A DNA stretch of 64,000 nt from Psilocybe cubensis (lineage: Eukaryota), in contig CM039009.1 in NCBI GenBank assembly GCA_017499595.2, positions 1,612,001 through 1,676,000 of the forward strand. Reading direction: 5' to 3'. Under the pieces are notes generated by a model. That model saw only the letters and a list, made by a program, of their open reading frames with translations, ran no database searches and was not told the origin of the DNA. The position numbers and the translations under genes are program-made. Within the stretch, counting starts at the first letter, position 1; every line of letters begins with the position of its first letter. Positions 1 to 11,400 of this stretch are shown here, piece by piece.

Positions 1-236
1 TTCTAGACACATGATATTTATCAGTCCATAGACTGGTCTGGACCGGACCAGAGTAGACCTAGGTAGACCAGAGTACTTGAGTCTACATAGTATATAGTCA
101 CTCTAGTTTACATCCTGAAGTCCCCAGTTACTCACTTCGGACTTCAGACGCTTTGTGCTCGCTTATTCCTGCGCCCTACGTTCTATAACTAGGTCGCCGA
201 GTAGCTCACACTGCCCCAAGCTCGCCTGCTTCAACA
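1..236 (+). repeat. 3' part of the Copia 5' LTR
   Basis: Ends ...TTCAACA directly before the PBS; reverse complement of 7846-8081. Confidence 0.8.
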
Positions 237-248
237 AGTTATGGGCCC
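237..248 (+). promoter_or_regulatory. Copia-type primer-binding site AGTTATGGGCCC (mirror copy 7834-7845, minus strand)
   Basis: One mismatch from GGTTATGGGCCC, the PBS of copia-group elements primed by an initiator tRNA-Met fragment; lies right after the LTR-terminal CA. Confidence 0.75.
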
Positions 249-3200
249 GCGCTCTAAGCACTCCAATTTCGTGTTTTGCAAACCAAGTTGTTTTCTGCAT
301 AGTTTTCACAAAACGGTCATTGTAGTCTTTTTTTGCTTTTTATCCTCTACCAGGCCCGGCCATACATTGCCGCTGCTAGTAGGGTTGAACGAGCACGCCT
401 TACGCGACTTGTTAACCTTGGTTGAGCGGGCCCACGTCACCTAATCCCCGAGTTATTTCTAGTTAAAAGTAACCTTTTTAAATTAGGCTAGTTTAACTTT
501 GTCTTTTCAACTTGCGTTTCCATTGCATCCCATGCTCCAGATAACGCCTAGTTTGTTTCCATACATTATTACACAATCATACACATTACTACCAGCACTT
601 GTATCCATCTACTTACGCGTTCCTTCGCAATTCGCAATAATGACTTCTGATCCCCAAATCACTCCATTGAACTCAACCAACTACAACACCTGGGCAGGCC
701 AGATGACCGCCTATCTCCAGTCTAAAGGGATATGGCGCATTGTCAGCGGTGCTAGAGCACAGCCAACGCTCTCAGACAAGCCTACTGCTTAGGAGGAAGC
801 TTTGCTTGAAACCTACTTTGAGCAGAGAGACAAAGCATGTGGTTTGATCTATCTCAGTTTGGAGAATGATCAGAGGGTTCATGTGGAAGCCATCAAGGAT
901 GATCCTATCAAGATGTGGGATGCCCTTGCTGCTGTACATCAGCAAAAGCGCCCTGGCAACTGCTTTAATGCATATGATGATCTGTTCTCCATCCGAAAGG
1001 AGGAAGGTAAAAACCTTCAAACCCTAATCAATAGAGTTGAGCAAGCCATGTTGCTAATTCAGCAGCTTCGCCCTAAGGGGCTTGATCTGGCTAAGCTTGA
1101 TGAAGAGCTTGCTTCGCTTGCTCTGGTCAGGGCACTCCCAGAAGAGTACAGTTCATTTGCATCCTCACTTCTCCTTTTGGACAAGTTGGACAAGGCTACA
1201 ATTCATCAAGCCTTTGTCACAGAGGATATACAGGTCGCCGCGCTTCGGAGTTGCCTGCACTCGCCACCGCGTTCCAGACCACTCCAGCCCCTTCTGCATC
1301 CAAGCCCAAGTGCGCATTTTGTGATATGGCCAACCATGCAATGGACAAGTGTCACAAGTTCATTGCTGCGCAAAAGGATGCGACGAAGCGTGTCAAAGCG
1401 GCTCGCAAAGGCGGCAATAGAGCGCACAAGGCCTCAGAGGCATCCAGTGAGGAAAAAGAGTCCAAGGACATGGAATTTGCTGGAAATGCAAGTGCTCTTA
1501 ATACCGATGTTCCCTCTTCCATTTCACCCCAAACTAATGACGATTGGATTGCAGACACAGGGGCGACTTCTCATATGACGCCCCATCGCAATTGGGTTAG
1601 AAATTACACCCCCCTTCGCATTCCAATCCGATTAGCAGATGAACGAGTTATTTATTTTGCAGGGGTGGGCACTGTATTCTTTGAACTGGTTGTAAATGGA
1701 ATAAAGTCAAGAAGCGTCGAGTTAACTAGAGTTTTACATGTACCAGATCTCCGAAACAATCTACTGTCTGTTCTATACCTCACAAAGCACAAAGGCTTCA
1801 AAATCACCATTGATGCTAATCTGATGGAGTTTCATCGCAAAGGAGCTTGTCTCTTCTCTGCAGATGTTAGTACATCAAACTGCGCTTTATTGAACGGTTA
1901 TACAGTTCCTATTTCGGAGTCTGCCTTTATTTCCTCCAATTTCACTCTACCCCTTGATATCAGTCTCTGGCATCGTCGTTTTGCTCATCATAGCTACATT
2001 GACATCCAGAAGATGATTAGAGAGGGTATGGTCACCGGACTCAAGCTGAATTCACAGCAACAGCCTGACCCCATTTGTGAACCTTGCCTTGCAGGCAAGA
2101 TGCATTCCAACCTATTTCCTTCTTCACCAAGCATGTCAGATGTTCCGCTTGCGCTTATCTTCTCAGATCTAAAAGGTCCTATCTCGCCCCCTACTCCTAA
2201 AGGCTATTGCTACTGGATAACCTTTATTGATGACCATACAAAGAGTAGAGCTGCTGTGCTTCTTAAGCGCAAAAGCGATGCATTCAGTGCGTTTCAAACG
2301 TACAAAGCATGGGCTAAGAACAAATTAGGCTTTAAGATCATCGTTGCAGCCTCATATAGAAAAGTGTATCCTGGGGTGTCCACTAGCCCTATGCCAAAGT
2401 TTGATCTTCTTTCCATCTCTTCTGCAAGCGCACCACCTCCCAATTCATGGAGGGACTCTACTGGCTTTAATTTTGACGATGATGAGGATGACTCTACTCC
2501 AAGTCCTGTCATTGAGCCAGAAGTGCCTATTGCGCCTCCTGAACAGCCAGCTGAACCGCCACAGCCTGAGGCCGTTCCTGCACCTCCTCCTAAGCCTGCA
2601 CGCCGCCAGCGTGCTCCAGTTGATCCTGCAACGTTGAGACGCACTACTCGCGTTCCTAAGCAGCCTGGTGAATGGTGGAAGGTCTCACATGATCCTGAAC
2701 CACCTGAAGCCAATGATCCTGGATTTGAAGAGGTGGAGTTTGCTGGGCTTGTTTCAAGCACAGATCCGCGCACATTCAAACAGGCAATGAAAGCGCCTGA
2801 TGCGCACATGTGGGAAGAGGCTACTAACACAGAATTTAATCTGTTGCAGCACAATCAAACTTGGGAGCGAGTTGAGCTCCCTCCGGGTCAAAAGGCAATT
2901 GGCTGTGGTTGGGTCTTTAAAATCAAGCGAAATTCAGATGGCAGTATAGAGCGCTACAAGGCTCGTATTGTTGCCAAGGGCTACAGTCAGCGCCCTGGCA
3001 TTGATTACCATGAAGTCTTTGCTCCTACTTTCCGCCCTGCTACTTTCCGCTTGATTGTGGCTCTGGCCGCCATTGGAGACTTGAAGTTGCGCTCTGTTGA
3101 TATTACAGCTGCTTTCACTAAAGGTGACCTAGACGAGGAGATTTACATGTTACAACCTAAAGGATTTCACCAAGGTGGTCCTAACATGGTTTTGAAGCTC

Positions 3201-3559
3201 AAAAAGTTGCTCTATGGTCTTAAGCAGTCTGCACGTCAATGGAACCTCAAGTTGCATGAGGCATTGTCAGATATGGGGTTCAAGTGTATAGAATCAGATT
3301 GCTCTGTCTATATCTATTCAGATGGAGATGTGAAGATTATTGTTCCCATTTACATTGATGACATTACCTTTGCCTCCAAATCAGACGCTGCCATAGATAG
3401 AGCTGTTAAGCAGCTAGCTGCGCGTTTTGAACTCCGTGATCTGGGTCCTACACAGTATTTACTTGGTGTTGCCATTGAGCGAGACACAGATAGAATGGAT
3501 TAATATAATCATAATTTCCGCCGGACGGAGTGTCCGGCGGACAGCACGTGACCCACGTG

Positions 3560-4008
3560 ACCACCGCGGTGGTGAAATTGACATGTTAGTTTTCACCACT
3601 GAAGTGGTCAAATCCGACATGTAAATTTGATCACTCCAGTGATCAAGTACAGCATGTAAGTATGACCACTTTATTGGTGGAATGTAGCAAGTTAATATCA
3701 GCACTGAAGTGGTGAAATTAATATGTTGGAGTTTGCCACTTCAGTGCTGAAATTGACTTGTTGTATTCCACCACTGCAGTGGTCATAGTTGTGTGTCAGA
3801 TAGAATAAATACAATGCTAAGAATAGTAATTATTGCTACTTTTATAATTTCTACACCACTGGAGTGGTAACATTTAGAATGTATCTTATATCACTCAAGT
3901 GCTAGAACAGTGCACATGATTTGTACCACTGAAGTGGTGAAATTGTCTACATAACTTATACCACTGCAGTGGTGGAATTATTAGTTTCAATCTCACCACT
4001 CCAGTGCT
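3560..4008. repeat. Array of twelve 14-bp palindromes (consensus ACCACTnnAGTGGT) at 35-bp period
   Basis: Motif starts at 3560, 3595, 3630, 3665, 3700, 3735, 3770, then 3855, 3890, 3925, 3960, 3995. Confidence 0.92.
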
Positions 4009-4037
4009 TGACATATTTTAGCAGTTTGTTTTATTTC

Positions 4038-4152
4038 TTAGGGTTGGATTAATTAATTAATTAGATTAGGTAGTTTAGGGTTGGGATTAGGTAGTTTAGG
4101 GTTGGGTGTAGGGGTTAGGGATTAGGGGTTAGGGATTAGCTTTTAGGGTTGT
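4038..4152 (+). repeat. Degenerate telomere-like (TTAGGG/TTAGGGG) tract inside MITE A
   Basis: TTTAGGGTTGGG...GGGGTTAGGGGATTAGGGGTTAGGG; a shorter version occurs at ~47048-47100 in copy 2. Confidence 0.8.
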
Positions 4153-4380
4153 TGAGTATATATACAAAGCGCGCGAGAGCGCGCGCAATGTACATTGAGA
4201 CGCGACGTGACGAGGTAGTCACGTGAGTCTGTCCGGCGGATGTCCGGCGGACGCGCGGATACAGTAATCCATTCGGTCTCGCGAGACATGGCTGCTAAAA
4301 CCATTTCCTTGCATCAGCGTCAGTATATCCTCGATGTACTTGATACATATGGCATGACTGATTCTAATCCGGTCAAAACA

Positions 4381-7300
4381 CATGGTGGCTAGATACTGCA
4401 AGGAGCCAACTGCATTGAGGTAGGGAACATTTCGCATAAATTCCACCTCATCTCCATTCTGAGGTCCATTTGCCTTGGACAGAACAGTGCCCACAGCCAT
4501 AGGTGTTTTGACCAGATTAGAATCAGTCATGCCATATGTATCAAGCATATCGAGGATATACCGACGCTGATGCAAAAAAATGGTTTTAGCAGCCATATCT
4601 CGCTCAATGGCAACACCAAGTAAATACTGTGTAGGACCCAGATCACGGAGTTCAAAACGCGCAGCTAGCTGCTTAACAGCTCTATCTATGGCAGCGTCTG
4701 ATTTGGAGGCAAAGGTAATGTCATCAATGTAAATGGGAACAATAATCTTCACATCTCCATCTGAATAGATATAGACAGAGCAATCTGATTCTATACACTT
4801 GAACCCCATATCTGACAATGCCTCATGCAACTTGAGGTTCCATTGACGTGCAGACTGCTTAAGACCATAGAGCAACTTTTTGAGCTTCAAAACCATGTTA
4901 GGACCACCTTGGTGAAATCCTTTAGGTTGTAACATGTAAATCTCCTCGTCTAGGTCACCTTTAGTGAAAGCAGCTGTAATATCAACAGAGCGCAACTTCA
5001 AGTCTCCAATGGCGGCCAGAGCCACAATCAAGCGGAAAGTAGCAGGGCGGAAAGTAGGAGCAAAGACTTCATGGTAATCAATGCCAGGGCGCTGACTGTA
5101 GCCCTTGGCAACAATACGAGCCTTGTAGCGCTCTATACTGCCATCTGAATTTCGCTTGATTTTAAAGACCCAACCACAGCCAATTGCCTTTTGACCCGGA
5201 GGGAGCTCAACTTGCTCCCAAGTTTGATTGTGCTGCAACAGATTAAATTCTGTGTTAGTAGCCTCTTCCCACATGTGCGCATCAGGCGCTTTCATTGCCT
5301 GTTTGAATGTGCGCGGATCTGTGCTTGAAACAAGCCCAGCAAACTCCACCTCTTCAAATCCAGGATCATTGGCTTCAGGTGGTTCAGGATCATGTGAGAC
5401 CTTCCACCATTCACCAGGCTGCTTAGGAACGCGAGTAGTGCGTCTCAACGTTGCAGGATCAACTGGAGCACGCTGGCGGCGTGCAGGCTTAGGAGGAGGT
5501 GCAGGAACGGCCTCAGGCTGTGGCGGTTCAGCTGGCTGTTCAGGAGGCGCAATAGGCACTTCTGGCTCAATGACAGGACTTGGAGTAGAGTCATCCTCAT
5601 CATCGTCAAAATTAAAGCCAGTAGAGTCCCTCCATGAATTGGGAGGTGGTGCGCTTGCAGAAGAGATGGAAAGAAGATCAAACTTTGGCATAGGGCTAGT
5701 GGACACCCCAGGATACACTTTTCTATATGAGGCTGCAACGATGATCTTAAAGCCTAATTTGTTCTTAGCCCATGCTTTGTACGTTTGAAACGCACTGAAT
5801 GCATCGCTTTTGCGCTTAAGAAGCACAGCAGCTCTACTCTTTGTATGGTCATCAATAAAGGTTATCCAGTAGCAATAGCCTTTAGGAGTAGGGGGCGAGA
5901 TAGGACCTTTTAGATCTGAGAAGATAAGCGCAAGCGGAACATCTGACATGCTTGGTGAAGAAGGAAATAGGTTGGAATGCATCTTGCCTGCAAGGCAAGG
6001 TTCACAAATGGGGTCAGGCTGTTGCTGTGAATTCAGCTTGAGTCCGGTGACCATACCCTCTCTAATCATCTTCTGGATGTCAATGTAGCTATGATGAGCA
6101 AAACGACGATGCCAGAGACTGATATCAAGGGGTAGAGTGAAATTGGAGGAAATAAAGGCAGACTCCGAAATAGGAACTGTATAACCGTTCAATAAAGCGC
6201 AGTTTGATGTACTAACATCTGCAGAGAAGAGACAAGCTCCTTTGCGATGAAACTCCATCAGATTAGCATCAATGGTGATTTTGAAGCCTTTGTGCTTTGT
6301 GAGGTATAGAACAGACAGTAGATTGTTTCGGAGATCTGGTACATGTAAAACTCTAGTTAACTCGACGCTTCTTGACTTTATTCCATTTACAACCAGTTCA
6401 AAGAATACAGTGCCCACCCCTGCAAAATAAATAACTCGTTCATCTGCTAATCGGATTGGAATGCGAAGGGGGGTGTAATTTCTAACCCAATTGCGATGGG
6501 GTGTCATATGAGAAGTTGCCCCTGTGTCTGCAATCCAATCGTCATTAGTTTGGGGTGAAATGGAAGAGGGAACATTGGTATTAAGAGCACTTGCATTTCC
6601 AGCAAATTCCATGTCCTTGGACTCTTTTTCCTTACTGGATGCCTCTGAGGCCTTGTGCGCTCTATTGCCGCCTTTGCGAGCCGCTTTGACACGCTTCGTC
6701 GCATCCTTTTGCGCAGCAATGAACTTGTGACACTTGTCCCTTGCATGGTTGGCCATATCACAAAATGCGCACTTGGGCTTGGATGCAGAAGGGGCTGGAG
6801 TGGTCTGGAACGCGGTGGCGAGTGCAGGCAACTCCGAAGCGCGGCGACCTGTATATCCTCTGTGACAAAGGCTTGATGAATTGTAGCCTTGTCCAACTTG
6901 TCCAAAAGGAGAAGTGAGGATGCAAATGAACTGTACTCTTCTGGGAGTGCCCTGACCAGAGCAAGCGAAGCAAGCTCTTCATCAAGCTTAGCCAGATCAA
7001 GCCCCTTAGGGCGAAGCTGCTGAATTAGCAACATGGCTTGCTCAACTCTATTGATTAGGGTTTGAAGGTTTTTACCTTCCTCCTTTCGGATGGAGAACAG
7101 ATCATCATATGCATTAAAGCAGTTGCCAGGGCGCTTTTGCTGATGTACAGCAGCAAGGGCATCCCACATCTTGATAGGATCATCCTTGATGGCTTCCACA
7201 TGAACCCTCTGATCATTCTCCAAACTGAGATAGATCAAACCACATGCTTTGTCTCTCTGCTCAAAGTAGGTTTCAAGCAAAGCTTCCTCCTAAGCAGTAG

Positions 7301-8169
7301 GCTTGTCTGAGAGCATTGGCTGTGCTCTAGCACCGCTGACAATGCGCCATATCCCTTTAGACTGGAGATAGGCGGTCATCTGGCCTGCCCAGGTGTTGTA
7401 GTTGGTTGAGTTCAATGGAGTGATTTGGGGATCAGAAGTCATTATTGCGAATTGCGAAGGAACGCGTAAGTAGATGGATACAAGTGCTGGTAGTAATGTG
7501 TATGATTGTGTAATAATGTATGGAAACAAACTAGGCGTTATCTGGAGCATGGGATGCAATGGAAACGCAAGTTGAAAAGACAAAGTTAAACTAGCCTAAT
7601 TTAAAAAGGTTACTTTTAACTAGAAATAACTCGGGGATTAGGTGACGTGGGCCCGCTCAACCAAGGTTAACAAGTCGCGTAAGGCGTGCTTGTTCAACCC
7701 TACTAGCAGCGGCAATGTATGGCCGGGCCTGGTAGAGGATAAAAAGCAAAAAAAGACTAAAATGACCGTTTTGTGAAAACTATGCAGAAAACAACTTGGT
7801 TTGCAAAACACGAAATTGGAGTGCTTAGAGCGCGGGCCCATAACTTGTTGAAGCAGGCGAGCTTGGGGCAGTGTGAGCTACTCGGCGACCTAGTTATAGA
7901 ACGTAGGGCGCAGGAATAAGCGAGCACAAAGCGTCTGAAGTCCGAAGTGAGTAACTGGGGACTTCAGGATGTAAACTAGAGTGACTATATACTATGTAGA
8001 CTCAAGTACTCTGGTCTACCTAGGTCTACTCTGGTCCGGTCCAGACCAGTCTATGGACTGATAAATATCATGTGTCTAGAATGGTCTGGAGAGCCAATGA
8101 AGATAAGAAGAAAGTAATCTAATCTGATAAGATAGCAAAGTGAGGGAGTCATAGAGAGCAGTTTTAACA
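4381..8169 (-). mobile_element. Ty1/Copia element, defective, right arm of fold-back
   Basis: Position x pairs with 8082-x for x=1..3484. It shares the same stop, frameshift and integrase deletion, and RT runs to ...YLATM at 4381. Confidence 0.95.
7846..8169 (-). repeat. Complete 5' LTR, 324 bp, TGTT...AACA
   Basis: On the minus strand it starts TGTTAAAAC at 8169 and ends TTCAACA at 7846, followed by the PBS. Confidence 0.8.
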
Positions 8170-8429
8170 CAGGCCTGTTCTAGAATAAAACCAATGGCGG
8201 TTGGTATATTGGCTAATCAACTTGCAATGTCAATTAGATTAGTAGTCAGAGGTTTGAGGTTTAAACCAAAATATCAATAACTTTTTTGGCAGATTTATCA
8301 ATATTGCTACAATTGGAAGGTGTACTTATTAGGCTAAAATAGACCTGGCTTGGCCTAGTATCTGGGCTTTCTGTCTTTCTATCTCTCTTAATACACCATA
8401 ATCATTAGGGTTCACTTATTTTTTCTCAC

Positions 8430-11400
8430 TTGTATACAATGTTGCAAAGATTCAAGGTTTTGGAAAAACCAGGCCTAGATCTCTTTACAATTGAAACCCA
8501 ACAAACCAAAAAAGGCTCTCGAGATGTAACTGTCAAAGTTTCAGATCTGATTTCTTGTAAGGCACGGTTGTTATCAACTTCAAAAAGGATTAGACTAGTG
8601 AAACATTCCTTAATTTTATCCCCTATAGACATATCTTACTTGAAAGGCTCCAAGGCTGTAGATAATCTGTTCAACCATCTAGCTAGCAAGGTTAGTGATA
8701 TGTCACTTGAGAACGAATATGCCCAGATTCTAATAGAAAATCTACTTAGTCTCAAAATGACTATATGAGAGTGCAGGAGAATGAAAGAGAATACCCTACT
8801 TGAAGCAGTTGTTGGAACAGAAGGCTGGCCCGGCCATCAATGCTAAGTGCTTATACTGTGGCATTGGAAAAGCCATTTGGAGGTGCTGCAACTGCCTGGG
8901 AGCAGATATCTCCTGTGTGCTATGCTTTAGAAGTCAATACAATAGACTGCCCTTCCATCATATTAAAAGATGGAATAGGAGATTTTTTTCTATTAGTGCT
9001 CTCTGGCAAGTTAGAGTGAAGTTATACATGGGTCATATGGGAAGACTTTGCCCCCAAGCTACCAATCTCATGAATTTGGAATCCACAGGGTTTCCATTTT
9101 TTGTAGAACAATCTTGGCAAATCCTCAAAGACGTTGCTCCTCACATTGCTACCGAGCATATTCTTCAACTTTTAACTTCTGATTAAATTTGCCCAAACGC
9201 TCTGGTCTTCCAACTGAAATGCTGTATAGGGTGTCATACTTGCTATCTCCCTTCCAGATGCAGGTATTGAGAGATCTGATAGGATTGGTTAGACATGTCA
9301 AAATTAAAGCAGAAGAGGAATCTGCTTCCGCAAATCAAGTCCTAGCCCAAAACAAAAGTGTGTTCCCACAAAAGGACAAATCTATTCACATCATCTTCAA
9401 TACTCCTTTGATTGATAATTTACAGGAAGGAATATGGAGAAATAAAGATTTCTCAGAAAAAAAGGGACTTGTTCCCTGTCTTCTTCCAAGACATCTAAAA
9501 TATGATTTGGCTAGGAACAAATTTTTGACAATGGTTAATGTTTCTGGTTTTTATCATATTTTAGTTGTCTGGTTTCCTAAACACATGAAATACAGCTTCT
9601 GGATCTGAAATTATACTTAGCTTCATATACTGACATCAACAGTTTTTACTTTTAATGTACTGAATGACTATTGACTCAATAATCTGGAGTATAAGTCATC
9701 CTTCTATTAATATCATCAAAAGCTTAGGAGAAATACATCATTTGCCTTTACAGACTTTGCAAATTGCTAATTGTTATGCAGAGTTGTGCAGGGTCTCAAG
9801 ACAATGGAGGAATCTTAAGACCAGGAAGTGGTTTGGACATGTTGACAAAAGTAAACCTGAACATGGTTTCTTGGCTTTATTTTGCCCAACTTGCCCTCAA
9901 CCTGGTGTAAACCTTCCCAATAACTAGAGGGAAAAATTAGAGAAAAATCCATGAGTCCCTCATATAACCAAACTTATTCATATAATACCAAGAAAAAACT
10001 GCACCATCAGATATCTATTCAGCCGAAGTCTCACAGCAGATGGGAATTTCAAAGCTGATCATCTACAACAGAGGAATAGTGCAGAAAATATATGGCTTAC
10101 AGATGGAGAGTCATTCATGACTAATAACTAATATTATAAAAGACACTTGGAAACGGCAATAGAAATTAAGGAGGTAAGCCATCTTTGCTATTTCATCTTT
10201 CTGTTCCCAGAATGTGAGATTTGGAATATGTATCCGGAGTGTCCTGATCCGGTTAATTCTCTTGATTTGTGACTAGACACAGACACTGGCTCTAGGTTAA
10301 TTCTCCTGATTCATGACAAAAAAGTGCCTCTGGGTCCATTTTCCTGATCTGTGACAGGAAAGTGCCTTTAGGTTGATTTTCCTGATTTGTAACCGGAATC
10401 TGGCTCTGGGTCCCATTCTTCTGATCCCATAACTAGAAACTCTATTCCTGGCACTTTCTCCTAATCCCGTGACTGGGAACTCTATGGTGTGTTCTCTTGC
10501 CTAGGGTAATATGGTGGCTTCCCAAAATCCTAATATGCGGATTTGAAGTTTGAAAAAACTTATTTAATTGAGAACTATTTTTGAAATATTATTGATCTTG
10601 AAATGCTAATTTTTATCCCTTCCCAGCTGCCCATTTGCAACAAGTTCCATGCTGAAAGTAATGCAAAACAAGCTCACAATGGATGTGACATTACAGGAGT
10701 TAGAAGACATGCCTGTGCAAGGCATGGATACTTTGCACCTGGAAGTATGGTAAACTTTCAGAAAGGGGAGAAGCAGATGAACATTGATTGGTTACTCAGC
10801 AAAATGCTATAGACTACCAATATTGACAAGGGTCAGAAATTCCTCCATATCTACAACCTTGGTTGCACTTATCTCCAGAATTTAGAGAAAAGAATTGCTG
10901 TTAATCTCTGTTTGAGCAAGCCCAATAAGTTGGAAATCATCAGGGCCATAGGTTTATTTTATGTACATGGCCACCAAGACCAATGCCCCTACAGATATGC
11001 TACTAAATACGTATCCAGAAGTATAGTAGTTTATGGAGAAATTCTAGAGACTTTATGGGCCATTCTAAATTTGGTTTCCTGAAGCACAAGAACTGCCTTC
11101 CTTGCTCATAGAACAAAAGTGCTTAATGACCATATGAGCAATTCTAATTTTAAAAAGATGGTCAATATTGGTAAGTAGAAAGAAAATCGCTACAAATATT
11201 TTCTAATCTAGAGCTCTACTAGTTTCAAGTATTATATCTAAATACCATTGGGCAGTAAAATATGCTGCTGAAAGTGCTAAGTACTTCTCTGAAATTACCA
11301 AGATCACTCCAATAGATGCCTTGTGAAGAATGGCTCCATACTATCATTGCTTATAAAGAGAAAAGACAATAAAACGTAGCAGAGATGGATTATATGTGAT

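Larger units (their letters stand above)
3487..4280. mobile_element. Non-autonomous DNA transposon (MITE family A, copy 1), 794 bp, 8-bp TSD GCGAGACA
   Basis: GCGAGACA at 3479-3486 and 4281-4288. Imperfect TIR CAGATAGAATGGATTA / TAATCCATTCGGTCTC. The empty site is visible in the opposite Copia arm at ~4596-4603. Confidence 0.92.
1..4381 (+). mobile_element. Ty1/Copia LTR retrotransposon, defective, left arm of fold-back (5' LTR runs off the window; no RNase H or 3' LTR; interrupted by a MITE at 3487-4280)
   Basis: ORFs show Copia domain order: gag (LNSTNYNTWAGQMTAYL; CAFCDMANHAMDKC knuckle), protease (WIADTGATSHMT), GAG-pre-integrase/integrase (LWHRRFAH...CEPCLAGK), RT (CGWVFKIK...RYKARIVAKGYSQ, YGLKQSARQW, IYIDDI). 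RT sequence resumes at 4281-4381 after the MITE. Confidence 0.95.
640..4381 (+). pseudogene. Copia gag-pol pseudogene
   Basis: ATG at 640, stop TAG at 790-792, frameshift near 1230-1250. The integrase core is deleted near 2340 (KNKLGFKII joins VAASYRKV). MITE inserted in RT; truncated at the inversion junction. Confidence 0.9.

Noticed and set aside
2294-2854. Antisense 186-aa ORF (mirror at 5228-5788)
   Set aside because: Shadow of the Pro-rich Copia linker; no independent evidence.
3560-4008. True CRISPR array
   Set aside because: Eukaryotic context, no cas genes, and a repeat of only 14 bp. The spacers resemble each other (GAAATTGACATGTT-like) and are the same in MITE copy 2, so they are not acquired sequences.
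4038-4152. Telomere-fusion scar at the palindrome centre
   Set aside because: The tract has one orientation only, lies inside a TSD-bounded MITE that recurs at 46.5 kb, and is not at the true inversion junction (4381).
4219-6831. Functional 870-aa (and 750-aa) Pol proteins
   Set aside because: Non-ATG starts after a frameshift, integrase core deleted, and C-termini are read-through into inverted or MITE sequence.
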